Positions 37,714 to 47,814 of a stretch of 64,000 nucleotides of DNA are shown here, piece after piece. This DNA comes from Candidatus Heimdallarchaeota archaeon. GTDB lineage: Archaea; Asgardarchaeota; Heimdallarchaeia; Heimdallarchaeales; Heimdallarchaeaceae. The stretch covers positions 128,001 through 192,000 of the forward strand of contig JAUVXV010000005.1 in the NCBI GenBank assembly GCA_030603365.1, given 5' to 3'. The notes beneath the pieces are model-generated. The model had not been told where the DNA came from. It saw only the letters and a program-made list of their open reading frames with translations, and searched no databases. Both the position numbers and the translations under genes were made by a program. The stretch's first letter is position 1, and each line of letters opens with the position of its first letter.

Positions 37714-37825
37714 ATGATAATTCTTACTTAAACGCTTTTATTTTTTCTGGTTTATTATGAAATTACACTCATTAACTCACAAGGTAATAAGTATCTTTTT
37801 TAGTTACTTATCTTAATTACTATTT

Positions 37826-38377
37826 GTGAGTCAAGCTGAATATGTTTTCAAGATAACGCTCATTGGAGATGGAGCAGTTGGAAAAACCTCTATCCGAAAT
37901 CGGTATATGGGCTACGCTTTTTCTACTTCACATATGATGACTCTTGGTGCAGATTTCAGTGTAGTCGAAAAGAAAATTGCTCCTAATGAAATCTGGCGAT
38001 TTCAAATTTGGGATCTTGCAGGACAACCTATTTTCAAAGATGTTCGAGGTCGTTTTTACAATGGTAGTATGGGTGCTTTAGTCGTTTTTGATATTACAAA
38101 TAAAAGGAGTTTCAAAAATTGTCTTATGTGGATTAAAGAACTCTACAGATTCTGTGGAAGAGATGTTGCTCCCATAATTCTTCTTGCCAATAAGAGTGAT
38201 TTACGTAACCGCAGAAGCGTATCTATGAAAGACGCTCAGAAGTATGTAGACATCTTAAACAAAGGTACAACAAGTTTTAACATAACTAATCATTTACTAG
38301 AAACTAGTGCAAAGTCAGGACAAAATATAGATATCGCTTTTGAAATGTTAGGTAAAGCAATTCGAGCAAGAGCTTAA
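37826..38377 (+). CDS. Rab-like small GTPase
   Basis: FKITLIGDGAVGKT, MTLGADF, IWDLAGQ, NKSD, ETSAK. Confidence 0.95.
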   Translation: MSQAEYVFKITLIGDGAVGKTSIRNRYMGYAFSTSHMMTLGADFSVVEKKIAPNEIWRFQIWDLAGQPIFKDVRGRFYNGSMGALVVFDITNKRSFKNCLMWIKELYRFCGRDVAPIILLANKSDLRNRRSVSMKDAQKYVDILNKGTTSFNITNHLLETSAKSGQNIDIAFEMLGKAIRARA

Positions 38378-38440
38378 ATGTGGTAGAATGATAATGTTTT
38401 TGTAAAACAAATAAACTACATATACGCTAGTGGTTAAATT

Positions 38441-38992
38441 ATGACATACAAAATTCTGGTACTTGGAGATTATGGAACTGGAAAAACTTCTCTTTTTCAA
38501 CAATTTGAAAAAAATATTCCAGGTGCAGAAAGAAAACTTTCAATAAAATTAGACTTGATAGAATTTACAAGAAAAATAGAGGGAGAAGAAATTAGAATTC
38601 AGCTCTTTGATATACCCGGTAGAGAGCTTACAAACGAATACAGATCCAAACATTATCTAGGAACTCATGGAGCTTTTATCGTCTTTGATATTTGCAGTCC
38701 AAATAGTTTCAGACATGCCCCTTTCTGGATTGAAGAACTGATGAATTATAATGGATTTGGGAAGGTACCTATCTCTCTAATTGGTAATAAAGCCGATTTG
38801 CGTGCAACAAGTCAAAAAACTTTAAATCCTATAGATGCAAAAGAATATGTTTTCAGATTGAATAGGTCAACTCAAAAGCAAAATGTTGAAAATCATTTCA
38901 ACGAAATATCTTCAAAATCTGGTAAAGGTTTGGGAATAATAATAGATCAACTTGTTACCTCTATCTACAAACATAGAAACGCTAAGACATAG
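38441..38992 (+). CDS. Divergent Rab/Ras-like small GTPase
   Basis: GDYGTGKT, LFDIPGRE, GNKAD, EISSK. Confidence 0.9.
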   Translation: MTYKILVLGDYGTGKTSLFQQFEKNIPGAERKLSIKLDLIEFTRKIEGEEIRIQLFDIPGRELTNEYRSKHYLGTHGAFIVFDICSPNSFRHAPFWIEELMNYNGFGKVPISLIGNKADLRATSQKTLNPIDAKEYVFRLNRSTQKQNVENHFNEISSKSGKGLGIIIDQLVTSIYKHRNAKT

Positions 38993-39049
38993 AATTTCTT
39001 TAGACTTTTTTCGGAAAAATATATAGGTTAATTTTACATTATGTAAATC

Positions 39050-40195
39050 ATGGTTGATAATTTCATACAGAGAATTCGGGAAGAATCTCCTACTCTCCAA
39101 AAGATGATTTTTTTGAATCATGCATCTAGATGCCCTCTTCATGGAAAAACCCAAGAAGCGATAAAGAAGTACAGCGAACATTGGGGAGATTTTGATTTTG
39201 AAGGATCAAATGATGTTTTCAAAGAATCTCGAAGTAAATTTGGTAAACTTATAAATGCCACAGAAGATGAAATTGTTTTCACACCCGATGTAACAGCTGG
39301 TTCAAGATTAGCTGCTAACATGGTTAATTATGATAAAAAAAGCAACATAGTCTGCTACTGGAACGATTATGTAGCTCTAGTCTATCAAGCTCTTTTTCTG
39401 AAGAAAACTAAGAATATAGAATACCGTCCAGTTGCTGATAGAAAGAATTGTGTAGTTGCAGAAGAATTCGCAAATAAAATTGATAAAAATACCAAACTGG
39501 TCATGCTATCTCATGTTCAATGGTTATCAGGATGCAAAGCTGATGTAAAAGAAATAGCTAAAATAGCGCATGAAAACGAAGCATACGTTGTTGTAGATTC
39601 AATACAATCCTCTGGTGCTCTGGTAAACGATGTCAAAGATTGGAATATTGATTTCTTAACATGTGGAACTGCAAAATGGTTACTTGGGGCAAATCAGGCA
39701 GGATATTTTTATGTTAAGAAAGAGCACATCGAAGAATTTGAGCCTCCTTTTGCAGGTTATCATGGTGTTGATTCAGGTTCTCATGATCAACCCTACTGGA
39801 ATGTTAGTAATTTGGCTTATGTAGAGGACATTTTAAAATTCATGGATACTAACCCAAGTGATTTTCTTTATTATATATCAAGTAGAGGAATGGAATTAAT
39901 TCTAGAATATGGAATAGAGAATGTTGAAAAAAGAATTTTGAAATTAACTGATTACCTGGTGCAAGAACTTCAGAATCTTGGCGATTACGAGTTTATCTCA
40001 CCTTTGGAAAAAGAACATAGGTCAGGAGTAGTTAATATTAGATTACCTGATAATATTGAATTAGTGAAGAAACTGAAAAATGAAAACATTATCATATCGA
40101 GCCGATATGGTGGAATTAGAATTAGTCCTCACTTCTACAATACCGAAGAGGATATAGACACATTAGTAAGAAAACTCAAACTTTTTCTTACATAA
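39050..40195 (+). CDS. PLP-dependent aminotransferase class V
   Basis: FLNHAS, VVDSIQSSG, GTAKWLLG (PLP Lys), IRISPHFYN. No RxGxHC desulfurase cysteine. Confidence 0.88.
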   Translation: MVDNFIQRIREESPTLQKMIFLNHASRCPLHGKTQEAIKKYSEHWGDFDFEGSNDVFKESRSKFGKLINATEDEIVFTPDVTAGSRLAANMVNYDKKSNIVCYWNDYVALVYQALFLKKTKNIEYRPVADRKNCVVAEEFANKIDKNTKLVMLSHVQWLSGCKADVKEIAKIAHENEAYVVVDSIQSSGALVNDVKDWNIDFLTCGTAKWLLGANQAGYFYVKKEHIEEFEPPFAGYHGVDSGSHDQPYWNVSNLAYVEDILKFMDTNPSDFLYYISSRGMELILEYGIENVEKRILKLTDYLVQELQNLGDYEFISPLEKEHRSGVVNIRLPDNIELVKKLKNENIIISSRYGGIRISPHFYNTEEDIDTLVRKLKLFLT

Positions 40196-40308
40196 TAATA
40201 GTTGAGAACCACTTTTTCTTTATATGTCACACGAAAAAAACTTTTAAAGCTACCCCAGAAATGCAATTGTAAAGTTAAAACTGAACATACTTAAAATAAG
40301 GTGTCGAC

Positions 40309-43188
40309 ATGTCGAAGAAAAAAAAGAAGAAAGAAGTACCACAAGAAGTCGAAGAAATAATACCTTGGCATAGTTTAGAGATTAAAGAAGTATATAAAAC
40401 GCTAAACACTGATGAAAAAGGTTTGTTTGAGCATGATGTGACCTCGCGTCTTGAGCGTTATGGACCAAATAAATTGACAATTACTGATCGTTTTAAAATT
40501 CTTAAAATGATTATTAGTCAGTTTACAAATTTCTTAGTTATTCTGTTGATCATTGCAGGAACCATTAGTTTAATTTTGGGCTTAGTAGGCGCAGGAGGAG
40601 ATAGTGGTAAATCAGAAATAATTGACGCGATTGCGATTTTTGCAATTGTAATAATTAATGCAATAATTGGATTTGTACAAGATTTTAGATCTAATCAAGC
40701 TTTAGAAAAATTAAAAGAATACTTTGAACAAGAAGTTGTAGTATTAAGAGAAGGCAAAGAACAGATTATCCATAGTGCTGAGCTTGTTCCAGGAGATATA
40801 GTACGATTAGAAGTAGGAGATAAAATTCCAGCTGACTGTAGGTTAACAACAGCAAACAACTTCAAAGTGGATGAAGCTTCTCTAACAGGGGAATCATCTG
40901 CGGTTACAAAAAATATAGAAGCAGTTCCAGCAGAAGCAAGAATTCATGATAGAAAGGATATGATATATTCAGGAACTACATGTGTATATGGACGAGGAGA
41001 AGCTATTGTTGCTAATACAGGAATGAGCACAGAAATGGGCAGAATTGCAGTACTTACTCAAGTAAAAGAGGAATTAACTCCATTACAACAAGCTCTAGAT
41101 AAATTAGGAAAAGTGCTAGGAATAATAATTTTAATTCTATGTGCATTAGTTATGATTATTGATTGGGCTATACTCGGCGAATCGTTTCTAGAAAGTTTTG
41201 AAACCGCAGTTGCTTTGGCAATTTCAGCAGTACCAGAAGGATTACCTGCAGCAATAGTAATTACTTTAGCAATAGGTGTTTCAAAGATGGCAAAGAAGAA
41301 TACAATTGTCTCAAAATTACCAGCTGTTGAAACACTAGGTTCAGTAGATTATATTTGCAGTGATAAAACAGGTACATTAACCAGAAACGAAATGACAGTT
41401 AAAGAAATTTGGACAATGGACGGACTGTATGCAGTTGGAGGTTCAGGTTATCTGTTAGATGGAGATTTCATAAAAGATGAAAAGAAAATTGATCCTATGA
41501 CAATACCAACTTTGAAAGCAGTGCTACAAACAAGTTATCACTGTAATAATTCAGCTGTTCTAAGAGAGGACGATAGAATAAGTGTCAAAGGAGACCCAAC
41601 AGAAGCAGCTTTACTTGTAGCAGCAGAAAAAGCAGGATTTTCAAAAGAGATGCTGTTGAAAATGGAACATGAAATATTCTTTGATTCAGATAGAAAAAGA
41701 ATGACAACAATTCATGATGACAATGGAAAGAAATACGCATTCATGAAAGGAAGTCCTCCTATCGTTATTACTAGATGCAATTCTGCAATGGAGAATGGTA
41801 AAGAAACAAAGATGACAAAAGAATTAGAAGAAGAAATAATGAAATCTAATCTCGCTCTTGCAGAAAAAGCACTAAGAGTATTAGCAATTGCTTATAGGGA
41901 ATTACCAAAAGATTACGATAAGACAAAAGAAGATGAAATAGAAGATGATATGATATTTCTAGGATTAACAGGAATGATTGATCCAGCTAGACCAGAAGTA
42001 AAAGATGCTATAGAAGAATGTAAAATGGCAGGAATTACTACTGTAATGATAACTGGGGATCAAGAACCTACTGCAGTGGCAGTGGCAAAAGAGATTGGAA
42101 TTGTTAAATCAGAGGAGGATTTGGTTGTGAGTGGTGAAGTATTCGCTACTATGACAAATGAAGAATTAAACGAGAAGATAGAAGACATAAGAGTCTACAG
42201 TAGGATGAGTCCAAAAGACAAATATCGCGTAGTAGAAACATTGCAAGAACTGGACCATGTTGTTGCTGTAACCGGAGATGGTGTCAATGATGCCCCGGCT
42301 TTGAAGAAAGCCGATATCGGTGTAGCTATGGGAATCACTGGTACAGACGTCTCTAAAGAGGTTGCAGCTATGGTCATTACTGATGATGCTTTTAATACAA
42401 TTGTCGCCGCTGTTGAAGAAGGTCGTAACATTTTCGAGAACATGAAGAAGTTCATTCGCTATCTCTTGAGTTGTAATTTTGATGAGATTTTTGCAGTTTT
42501 AATAATTTATGCTGCATTCCAAGAACTACCTTTCCTGCCATTACAAATTCTCTTCCTCAACCTACTCACTGATGCTCTACCTGCTCTATCTTTGTCCTTT
42601 GATCCTTATGATCCTTCATTAATGCAACGTCCACCACGAGGCAAAAAATCCTCTTTTGTTAGAGATATGTATGCTTTTGCTTCATTTGCAGGCCTTATAG
42701 CTCTTATAGCTTCACTTGGTATTTTCTTAGTAGGTTACCTTGGAATTGGAGAAAGGGTTATTACTGACTGGGCTGCTGCAAACGACTTAACATTAACTCT
42801 TGACCAACTCCATGATGCAAAGGTCGCCTATGCTCAAACATTGGCCTTTACTGCTACTTTATCATTTGAGTTATGGTTTGTGTTCATTGCTCGGAACGAT
42901 AACGCTACGTCCTTCCTCAAATCTCATCCATTTAAGAACAAATACCTGATAGGTGCAGTAGTTCTTTCATGGATACTCTTACTTGGTGTAATTTATATCC
43001 CACCATTCCAAGCAGTATTTACAGGATTTAAACCCGATGATGGTTTCACTTATTACCTTGTTGGTTTAGCTGATTGGGGATTAATCATAGGTTTCACTTT
43101 GGGTCTTTGTATCTTATTCGAGATTTTCAGATACGCCCTAAGAACTGAAAGAATGGCTAAGTTTGCAACTTTTGTAGGAATGCATTAA
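40309..43188 (+). CDS. Cation-transporting P-type ATPase (type II, Ca2+-like)
   Basis: LTGES, VPEGLP, CSDKTGTLT, KGDPTE, MITGD, TGDGVNDAPALK, QILFLNLLTD. Confidence 0.96.
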   Translation: MSKKKKKKEVPQEVEEIIPWHSLEIKEVYKTLNTDEKGLFEHDVTSRLERYGPNKLTITDRFKILKMIISQFTNFLVILLIIAGTISLILGLVGAGGDSGKSEIIDAIAIFAIVIINAIIGFVQDFRSNQALEKLKEYFEQEVVVLREGKEQIIHSAELVPGDIVRLEVGDKIPADCRLTTANNFKVDEASLTGESSAVTKNIEAVPAEARIHDRKDMIYSGTTCVYGRGEAIVANTGMSTEMGRIAVLTQVKEELTPLQQALDKLGKVLGIIILILCALVMIIDWAILGESFLESFETAVALAISAVPEGLPAAIVITLAIGVSKMAKKNTIVSKLPAVETLGSVDYICSDKTGTLTRNEMTVKEIWTMDGLYAVGGSGYLLDGDFIKDEKKIDPMTIPTLKAVLQTSYHCNNSAVLREDDRISVKGDPTEAALLVAAEKAGFSKEMLLKMEHEIFFDSDRKRMTTIHDDNGKKYAFMKGSPPIVITRCNSAMENGKETKMTKELEEEIMKSNLALAEKALRVLAIAYRELPKDYDKTKEDEIEDDMIFLGLTGMIDPARPEVKDAIEECKMAGITTVMITGDQEPTAVAVAKEIGIVKSEEDLVVSGEVFATMTNEELNEKIEDIRVYSRMSPKDKYRVVETLQELDHVVAVTGDGVNDAPALKKADIGVAMGITGTDVSKEVAAMVITDDAFNTIVAAVEEGRNIFENMKKFIRYLLSCNFDEIFAVLIIYAAFQELPFLPLQILFLNLLTDALPALSLSFDPYDPSLMQRPPRGKKSSFVRDMYAFASFAGLIALIASLGIFLVGYLGIGERVITDWAAANDLTLTLDQLHDAKVAYAQTLAFTATLSFELWFVFIARNDNATSFLKSHPFKNKYLIGAVVLSWILLLGVIYIPPFQAVFTGFKPDDGFTYYLVGLADWGLIIGFTLGLCILFEIFRYALRTERMAKFATFVGMH

Positions 43189-43225
43189 ATTCCTCTTTTT
43201 CTTTTCTTTTTTTCATTTTCTTATT
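43189..43225 (+). terminator. Oligo-T archaeal terminator
   Basis: Long T-rich tract immediately after the ATPase stop. Confidence 0.5.
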
Positions 43226-43400
43226 TAGCTTAGTAATGTCTATCTTTTCATAGGTTCCAGATTTCATCACTGTTCTTGAGTGGTTTTAATGAGTTTTTTA
43301 AATACTTTTTACTGTTATTATAATCTCTTATTCCATCTAAACTATATTGAGTGTAGCTGATTTAGCATAAACCTCTCTTTCTTTTTCTTTTGTTTAGTAT

Positions 43401-43674
43401 TACATATACCAATTACTTGATTCACGTTTAGAAGGTTTAAGCTCTGTTGAAGCTAAAGAGAAACTTGAAAAATATGAGACAAACACCATACTTTCAGGAC
43501 GATCAATCAACCCATGAATACCTTCATCAGGACTACACTTCTAGCCATACTTGATTGGGAATCATCTTTCTAACTGTCATCACAATATTCTTCGCTGAAG
43601 AGATTAGAAAATTCGTAATTCAGAAAATGTATCCACTCCATGATGTCCCAGAATACGATTCAAGCAGTTGTTAG
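43401..43674 (+). pseudogene. Remnant of a second P-type ATPase (N- and C-termini joined by a large internal deletion)
   Basis: YQLLDSRLEGLSSVEAKEKLEKYETNTI..INP*I matches the cation-ATPase N-terminus. It is followed by LDW/IIFLTVITIFFAEEIRKFV, matching the last TM. Confidence 0.75.
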
Positions 43675-43710
43675 AATTTCATATTTAAATCTTTCCTATT
43701 TTTAAGTGTT

Positions 43711-43932
43711 TTGGCGAAACGACGAAAAAGTGATGCAATATGTTTAAGAGTGACCGATTCTCATACTATGTTAGTCCAGGTGATAATGATGGCAGTAGTT
43801 ACTTTGCCTTTCTTTACAGTTTTCTGGGTAGCAGTTGCTACAGCCATAGGATTAAGTATGTTAGTTTGGTTCTTCAAAGCATTAAGACCAGCAAAAGTAG
43901 ATGTAGATCAAGCGACTAAATATCCAAAATAG
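43711..43932 (+). CDS. Small hypothetical membrane protein
   Basis: 73 aa with a long hydrophobic hairpin. TTTAAA at 43684 upstream. Start uncertain. Confidence 0.5.
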   Translation: MAKRRKSDAICLRVTDSHTMLVQVIMMAVVTLPFFTVFWVAVATAIGLSMLVWFFKALRPAKVDVDQATKYPK

Positions 43933-44057
43933 TTTTCTCGTTTAAACATAGGTTTGAACAATAAATGTTAAAAGTGTATATGATTCTGAAGAATCTAGAG
44001 AACACATATTTGCAATTGGCAATATTGTTCTCGAATTGTAAGATATAGGGGATTGAA

Positions 44058-46112
44058 TTGAGCAAGTTTACATTTCAGAATAGAATATTTACATTACTAA
44101 TTTTCATGGTTTTAGTTAGTTCTTTCATAATTTCACCAATTGAAGCTGAATCAAACGTGGAACAAAATGAAGATATATCTGTAAATTACTTAGTTTCAGA
44201 AGCGATTGGTATTCATCAAGATTCTCATTTTGATCTTTTTGGTTTTCCTGGAAACGGGACAGAATCCAATCCCTATATTATTGAAAATCTTAAAATTATC
44301 ACAGTTGCAGGATCTGGAATTTATATCGGTGATACTACTAAGCACTTCATAGTCAGAAACTGCTATATAGATGCATATTACTATGGTATTAATATCTTTA
44401 ATTGTGCCTCTGGAACTGCAACACTCTTTAATAATACTTGCAATAGTATTAAGGGAGGAACTGGTATACAAGCCACTTTTTGCTTAAATGTTACAATAAC
44501 AGATAATATCTGTGAGAATGACTATTATGGAATTAACATAGAATCATGTGAAAACTCAACAATAAGTAACAATGAATGTGGTTTCAACACAGCACCTTTA
44601 AGTTTGATTTATAGTCATGGTTCTTATTTGTTTAATAACACCTGTGATTACAGCAAAGCCACAGGACTATACTTAAACTATTGTGATAACACAATTATAG
44701 CAAACAACACTTTACACGAAATTGGTGCAAATTATGGGACAGCTGATACGGGTATTATCGTGGAGTACTCAGATAATGTGACAATGAAACACAATGTTAT
44801 CTCTGATTGTGAAATCGGTATTCATCTTTTTGCAGTTACTGGAAGTTTATTGACAGATAATGTGATTATGAGATGTAGTTCATATGGTGTTTATTCTAGT
44901 TGGTTTGCATTGGATTGGCCTTCAGCTAACAACACTTTTCATCATAACTATTTCATAGCAAATTCGTACTATTATGGTTACTGGAGTCAACCAACCTCAC
45001 AAGCATCAGACAGTGGGCAGAATAGTATGTGGTATGATGTTAATACAAACGTTGGCAACTATTGGTCGAATTACACAGGTGTAGGTGTGTATTTTATAGA
45101 CGGTGGGGTATATTACTATGATCCTTATCCAATGGAAGTTGTTGATTCAGATTTGGATGGTCTAGACGATATGCAAGAAATTTACGCTTATTTTACTAAT
45201 CCATACAAAAATGATACTGATGGAGACATGTTACTGGATGGTGAAGAAGTTAAGATCTACTTTACAGATCCTTTGAGAATTGATACAGATTACGACGGTT
45301 TAACTGATGGAGAAGAAGTGTTGATTTATGGTACAGAACCAGACACTCAAGACACAGATCATGATGAACTAAAAGACGGAGAAGAAATATTTGTATATGG
45401 TACTCACCCAAGACTAGCAGATACAGATGGTGATAAAATGCCTGATGGGTGGGAAGTAATGAATGGATTAGATCCTTTAGTAATGAATGCTGATGAAGAT
45501 CCTGACGATGATGGTCTTCTTAACAAAGATGAGCTTGAGGAACGAACTGAACCATTGAATCCTGATTCCGATGAAGATTTCCTTATAGATGGATTAGAAG
45601 TTTATATCTACCATACCAGCCCACTAAATAACGATACAGATGGTGATGGAGCAAAAGACGGTATAGAAGTGCATGAATATGGCTGTGACCCATTGGACAA
45701 AGATACTGACGATGACGGTCTTTGGGATGGAAAAGAAATCAATAATCACTTTACTTCACCTACTGATAAAGACTCAGACGATGATGGAATGGATGATGGT
45801 TGGGAAGTGAAATACCAATTTGATCCTTTAGATGATGCTGATGCTGATGGAGATCCCGACGATGATGGTCTCACGAATGCTGAAGAATTCTTCTATGGAA
45901 CTCACCCTAAGTATTGGGATACAGATGAAGACGGGTTCTCTGATGGTCATGAAGTCCGTGTAGGAACTAATCCTCTCTTAATTACAGATCACCCAATGGC
46001 TAGGGAAGATGTCATTAGAATGGGTGTAGGTATAGGTTTAGCTTCCGCTGGTGTTATTGGAGTAGTAATTTACATACTATTTAAGAAGAAGATAATAAGA
46101 TTCAGAAAATAG
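44058..46112 (+). CDS. Surface protein: NosD beta-helix + Ca-binding DxDxDG (thrombospondin type-3-like) repeats + TM anchor
   Basis: FPGNGTESNPYIIEN cap, beta-helix repeats, about a dozen D[TS]DxDGLxDGxE...TxP units, TM plus KKK. Confidence 0.9.
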   Translation: MSKFTFQNRIFTLLIFMVLVSSFIISPIEAESNVEQNEDISVNYLVSEAIGIHQDSHFDLFGFPGNGTESNPYIIENLKIITVAGSGIYIGDTTKHFIVRNCYIDAYYYGINIFNCASGTATLFNNTCNSIKGGTGIQATFCLNVTITDNICENDYYGINIESCENSTISNNECGFNTAPLSLIYSHGSYLFNNTCDYSKATGLYLNYCDNTIIANNTLHEIGANYGTADTGIIVEYSDNVTMKHNVISDCEIGIHLFAVTGSLLTDNVIMRCSSYGVYSSWFALDWPSANNTFHHNYFIANSYYYGYWSQPTSQASDSGQNSMWYDVNTNVGNYWSNYTGVGVYFIDGGVYYYDPYPMEVVDSDLDGLDDMQEIYAYFTNPYKNDTDGDMLLDGEEVKIYFTDPLRIDTDYDGLTDGEEVLIYGTEPDTQDTDHDELKDGEEIFVYGTHPRLADTDGDKMPDGWEVMNGLDPLVMNADEDPDDDGLLNKDELEERTEPLNPDSDEDFLIDGLEVYIYHTSPLNNDTDGDGAKDGIEVHEYGCDPLDKDTDDDGLWDGKEINNHFTSPTDKDSDDDGMDDGWEVKYQFDPLDDADADGDPDDDGLTNAEEFFYGTHPKYWDTDEDGFSDGHEVRVGTNPLLITDHPMAREDVIRMGVGIGLASAGVIGVVIYILFKKKIIRFRK

Positions 46113-46126
46113 AATCTTTTCTTTTT

Positions 46127-46687
46127 TTACAATCCCATTTGATAATAGATTTTATCGATTAATCTCTCAAAAGCAGAATTAACATTTTGACCAGATTTGG
46201 CGGATGTTTCTATGTAATCAACTTTCAATCCTCCCCACTCACTTAGAACCTGAGCATAAGTCATTGCAGAAGTTTTATCTACTTGAACCTCATCAGGTGT
46301 TGTTCCTCTTAAATCAGTTTTATTACCTACCATTAAGATAGGAATGAGTTTGTTGTCATTGTACTTGATCATTTCATTGATCCAGTAATCTATGTTAGTG
46401 AAAGTATTAGGTCTTGTAACATCAAACACAACCATAGCCCCATAAGAATTAGCATAATATGCTCCTCTTACTTCTGAAAACCTAGGTTGTCCTGCTAAAT
46501 CCCAGATTTGCAAGCTAACAATATAATCTTCGTAAGGAACTTGCTTTACGCTGAAATCAGCACCAATTGTCATCAAATAATTTTCTCTAAAGGATTTTCC
46601 TAAGTAATTTCTTCGTAAACTTGTCTTTCCTACAGCTCCGTCTCCGATGAGTACGACTTTAAAGATTCTTCCAGGTTGCATTGGCAT
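46127..46687 (-). CDS. Rab-like small GTPase
   Basis: FKVVLIGDGAVGKT, MTIGADF, IWDLAGQ, GNKTD, ETSAK. Confidence 0.95.
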   Translation of the reverse strand: MPMQPGRIFKVVLIGDGAVGKTSLRRNYLGKSFRENYLMTIGADFSVKQVPYEDYIVSLQIWDLAGQPRFSEVRGAYYANSYGAMVVFDVTRPNTFTNIDYWINEMIKYNDNKLIPILMVGNKTDLRGTTPDEVQVDKTSAMTYAQVLSEWGGLKVDYIETSAKSGQNVNSAFERLIDKIYYQMGL

Positions 46688-46843
46688 TAGAGATTCTATT
46701 AAAACTTCTAATATTCACATTTAAAGTTTATTGTGTTTCAATATACTACACATAGATTACTTCTGGTCAAATTAGAGGAAAAGCATACGCTTAGTTTTTG
46801 ATGGAAACTAGTCTTTAAATTCTATTGAGAGATTCAATATATA

Positions 46844-47326
46844 GTGACTAAAATGAACGTGGGAGATACTATTCCTGATTTTACTTTAAAAGATCAAAAT
46901 AACGAAGAATTCCGATTGTATGATATAGAAGATAAGATGGTTTTGCTTTCATTCCATCCTCTTGCTTGGACTAGTGTTTGTGCAAAACAAATGCAGTCTC
47001 TAGAGGATTATAAAGATGAGTTAGAAAGTTTAGACACCATTCCTATAGGTGTGAGTGTAGACACAAGTCCTTCGAAGAAAGCTTGGACAGAAGTTATAGG
47101 TGTAAATAATGTCCGGTTACTATCTGATTTTTGGCCTCATGGAGATTTATCAAAAAACTTAGGTATATTTTTGGAAGATAAGGGAGTTTCAAAACGAGCT
47201 AATATTTTAATAGGCAAAAACAAAGAAATTTTGTTTATGAAAATCTATGAGATGTCTACCCTTCCTAATCTTGACGAAGTTACAGATTTCATAAGAAACG
47301 AGAGAATTAAAAAACGAGAATTATAG
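46844..47326 (+). CDS. Peroxiredoxin (AhpE-like)
   Basis: FHPLAWTSVC (PxxxTxxC), LLSDFWPHG. Confidence 0.9.
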   Translation: MTKMNVGDTIPDFTLKDQNNEEFRLYDIEDKMVLLSFHPLAWTSVCAKQMQSLEDYKDELESLDTIPIGVSVDTSPSKKAWTEVIGVNNVRLLSDFWPHGDLSKNLGIFLEDKGVSKRANILIGKNKEILFMKIYEMSTLPNLDEVTDFIRNERIKKREL

Positions 47327-47335
47327 GCGTTCAAC

Positions 47336-47806
47336 ATGCTGAAAGAAGGAAATAGCGCACCAGATTTTACGCTCAGAGATAAAGATGGAAATGAAGTAAG
47401 TTTGAAAGATTTCAAGAATCAATGGATTGTGGTTTATTTCTATCCCAAAGCTGATACTCCTGGATGTACCATTGAAGCGTTAGATTTTACTGCAAATATT
47501 GACACATTTTCTGATAAACGAGCAACAATCTTAGGGATAAGTAATGATCCTGAAGCAAAACTAGATAAATTCATCAATAAACACAACCTGAAAATTATTC
47601 TGTTAAGTGATCCTGAGCACAAGGTGATAGCAAACTATGGTGCATGGGTAAAGAAACAAATGTATGGTAAAGAATACATGGGTACACAACGAAGCACTTT
47701 CTTAATTAACCCAAATGGTCAAATAGAAAGAATCTGGAATGAAGTTAAGGTTAAAGGACATGTAGAGGAAGTAAAGAATCTCTTACTTGAACTTTCTTTA
47801 GAGTAG
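47336..47806 (+). CDS. bcp: Peroxiredoxin BCP/PrxQ (single Cys)
   Basis: YFYPKADTPGCTIEALDF, RSTFLI, VKVKGH. Confidence 0.92.
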   Translation: MLKEGNSAPDFTLRDKDGNEVSLKDFKNQWIVVYFYPKADTPGCTIEALDFTANIDTFSDKRATILGISNDPEAKLDKFINKHNLKIILLSDPEHKVIANYGAWVKKQMYGKEYMGTQRSTFLINPNGQIERIWNEVKVKGHVEEVKNLLLELSLE

Positions 47807-47814
47807 GTGATATT

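Noticed and set aside
39050-40195. Cysteine desulfurase (SufS/IscS) call
   Set aside because: The catalytic Cys loop is absent, so it is kept as a generic class V PLP enzyme.
43515-43517. TGA or TAG at conserved Trp positions (also 33359) as evidence of an alternative genetic code
   Set aside because: They occur only in fragments that also have frameshifts and deletions. Intact genes use TGG for Trp and TGA/TAG as stops.
45140-45990. Periodic GAT-rich DNA repeats as a possible CRISPR array or satellite
   Set aside because: They are degenerate codons of in-frame DxDxDG protein repeats, with no identical repeat-spacer structure.
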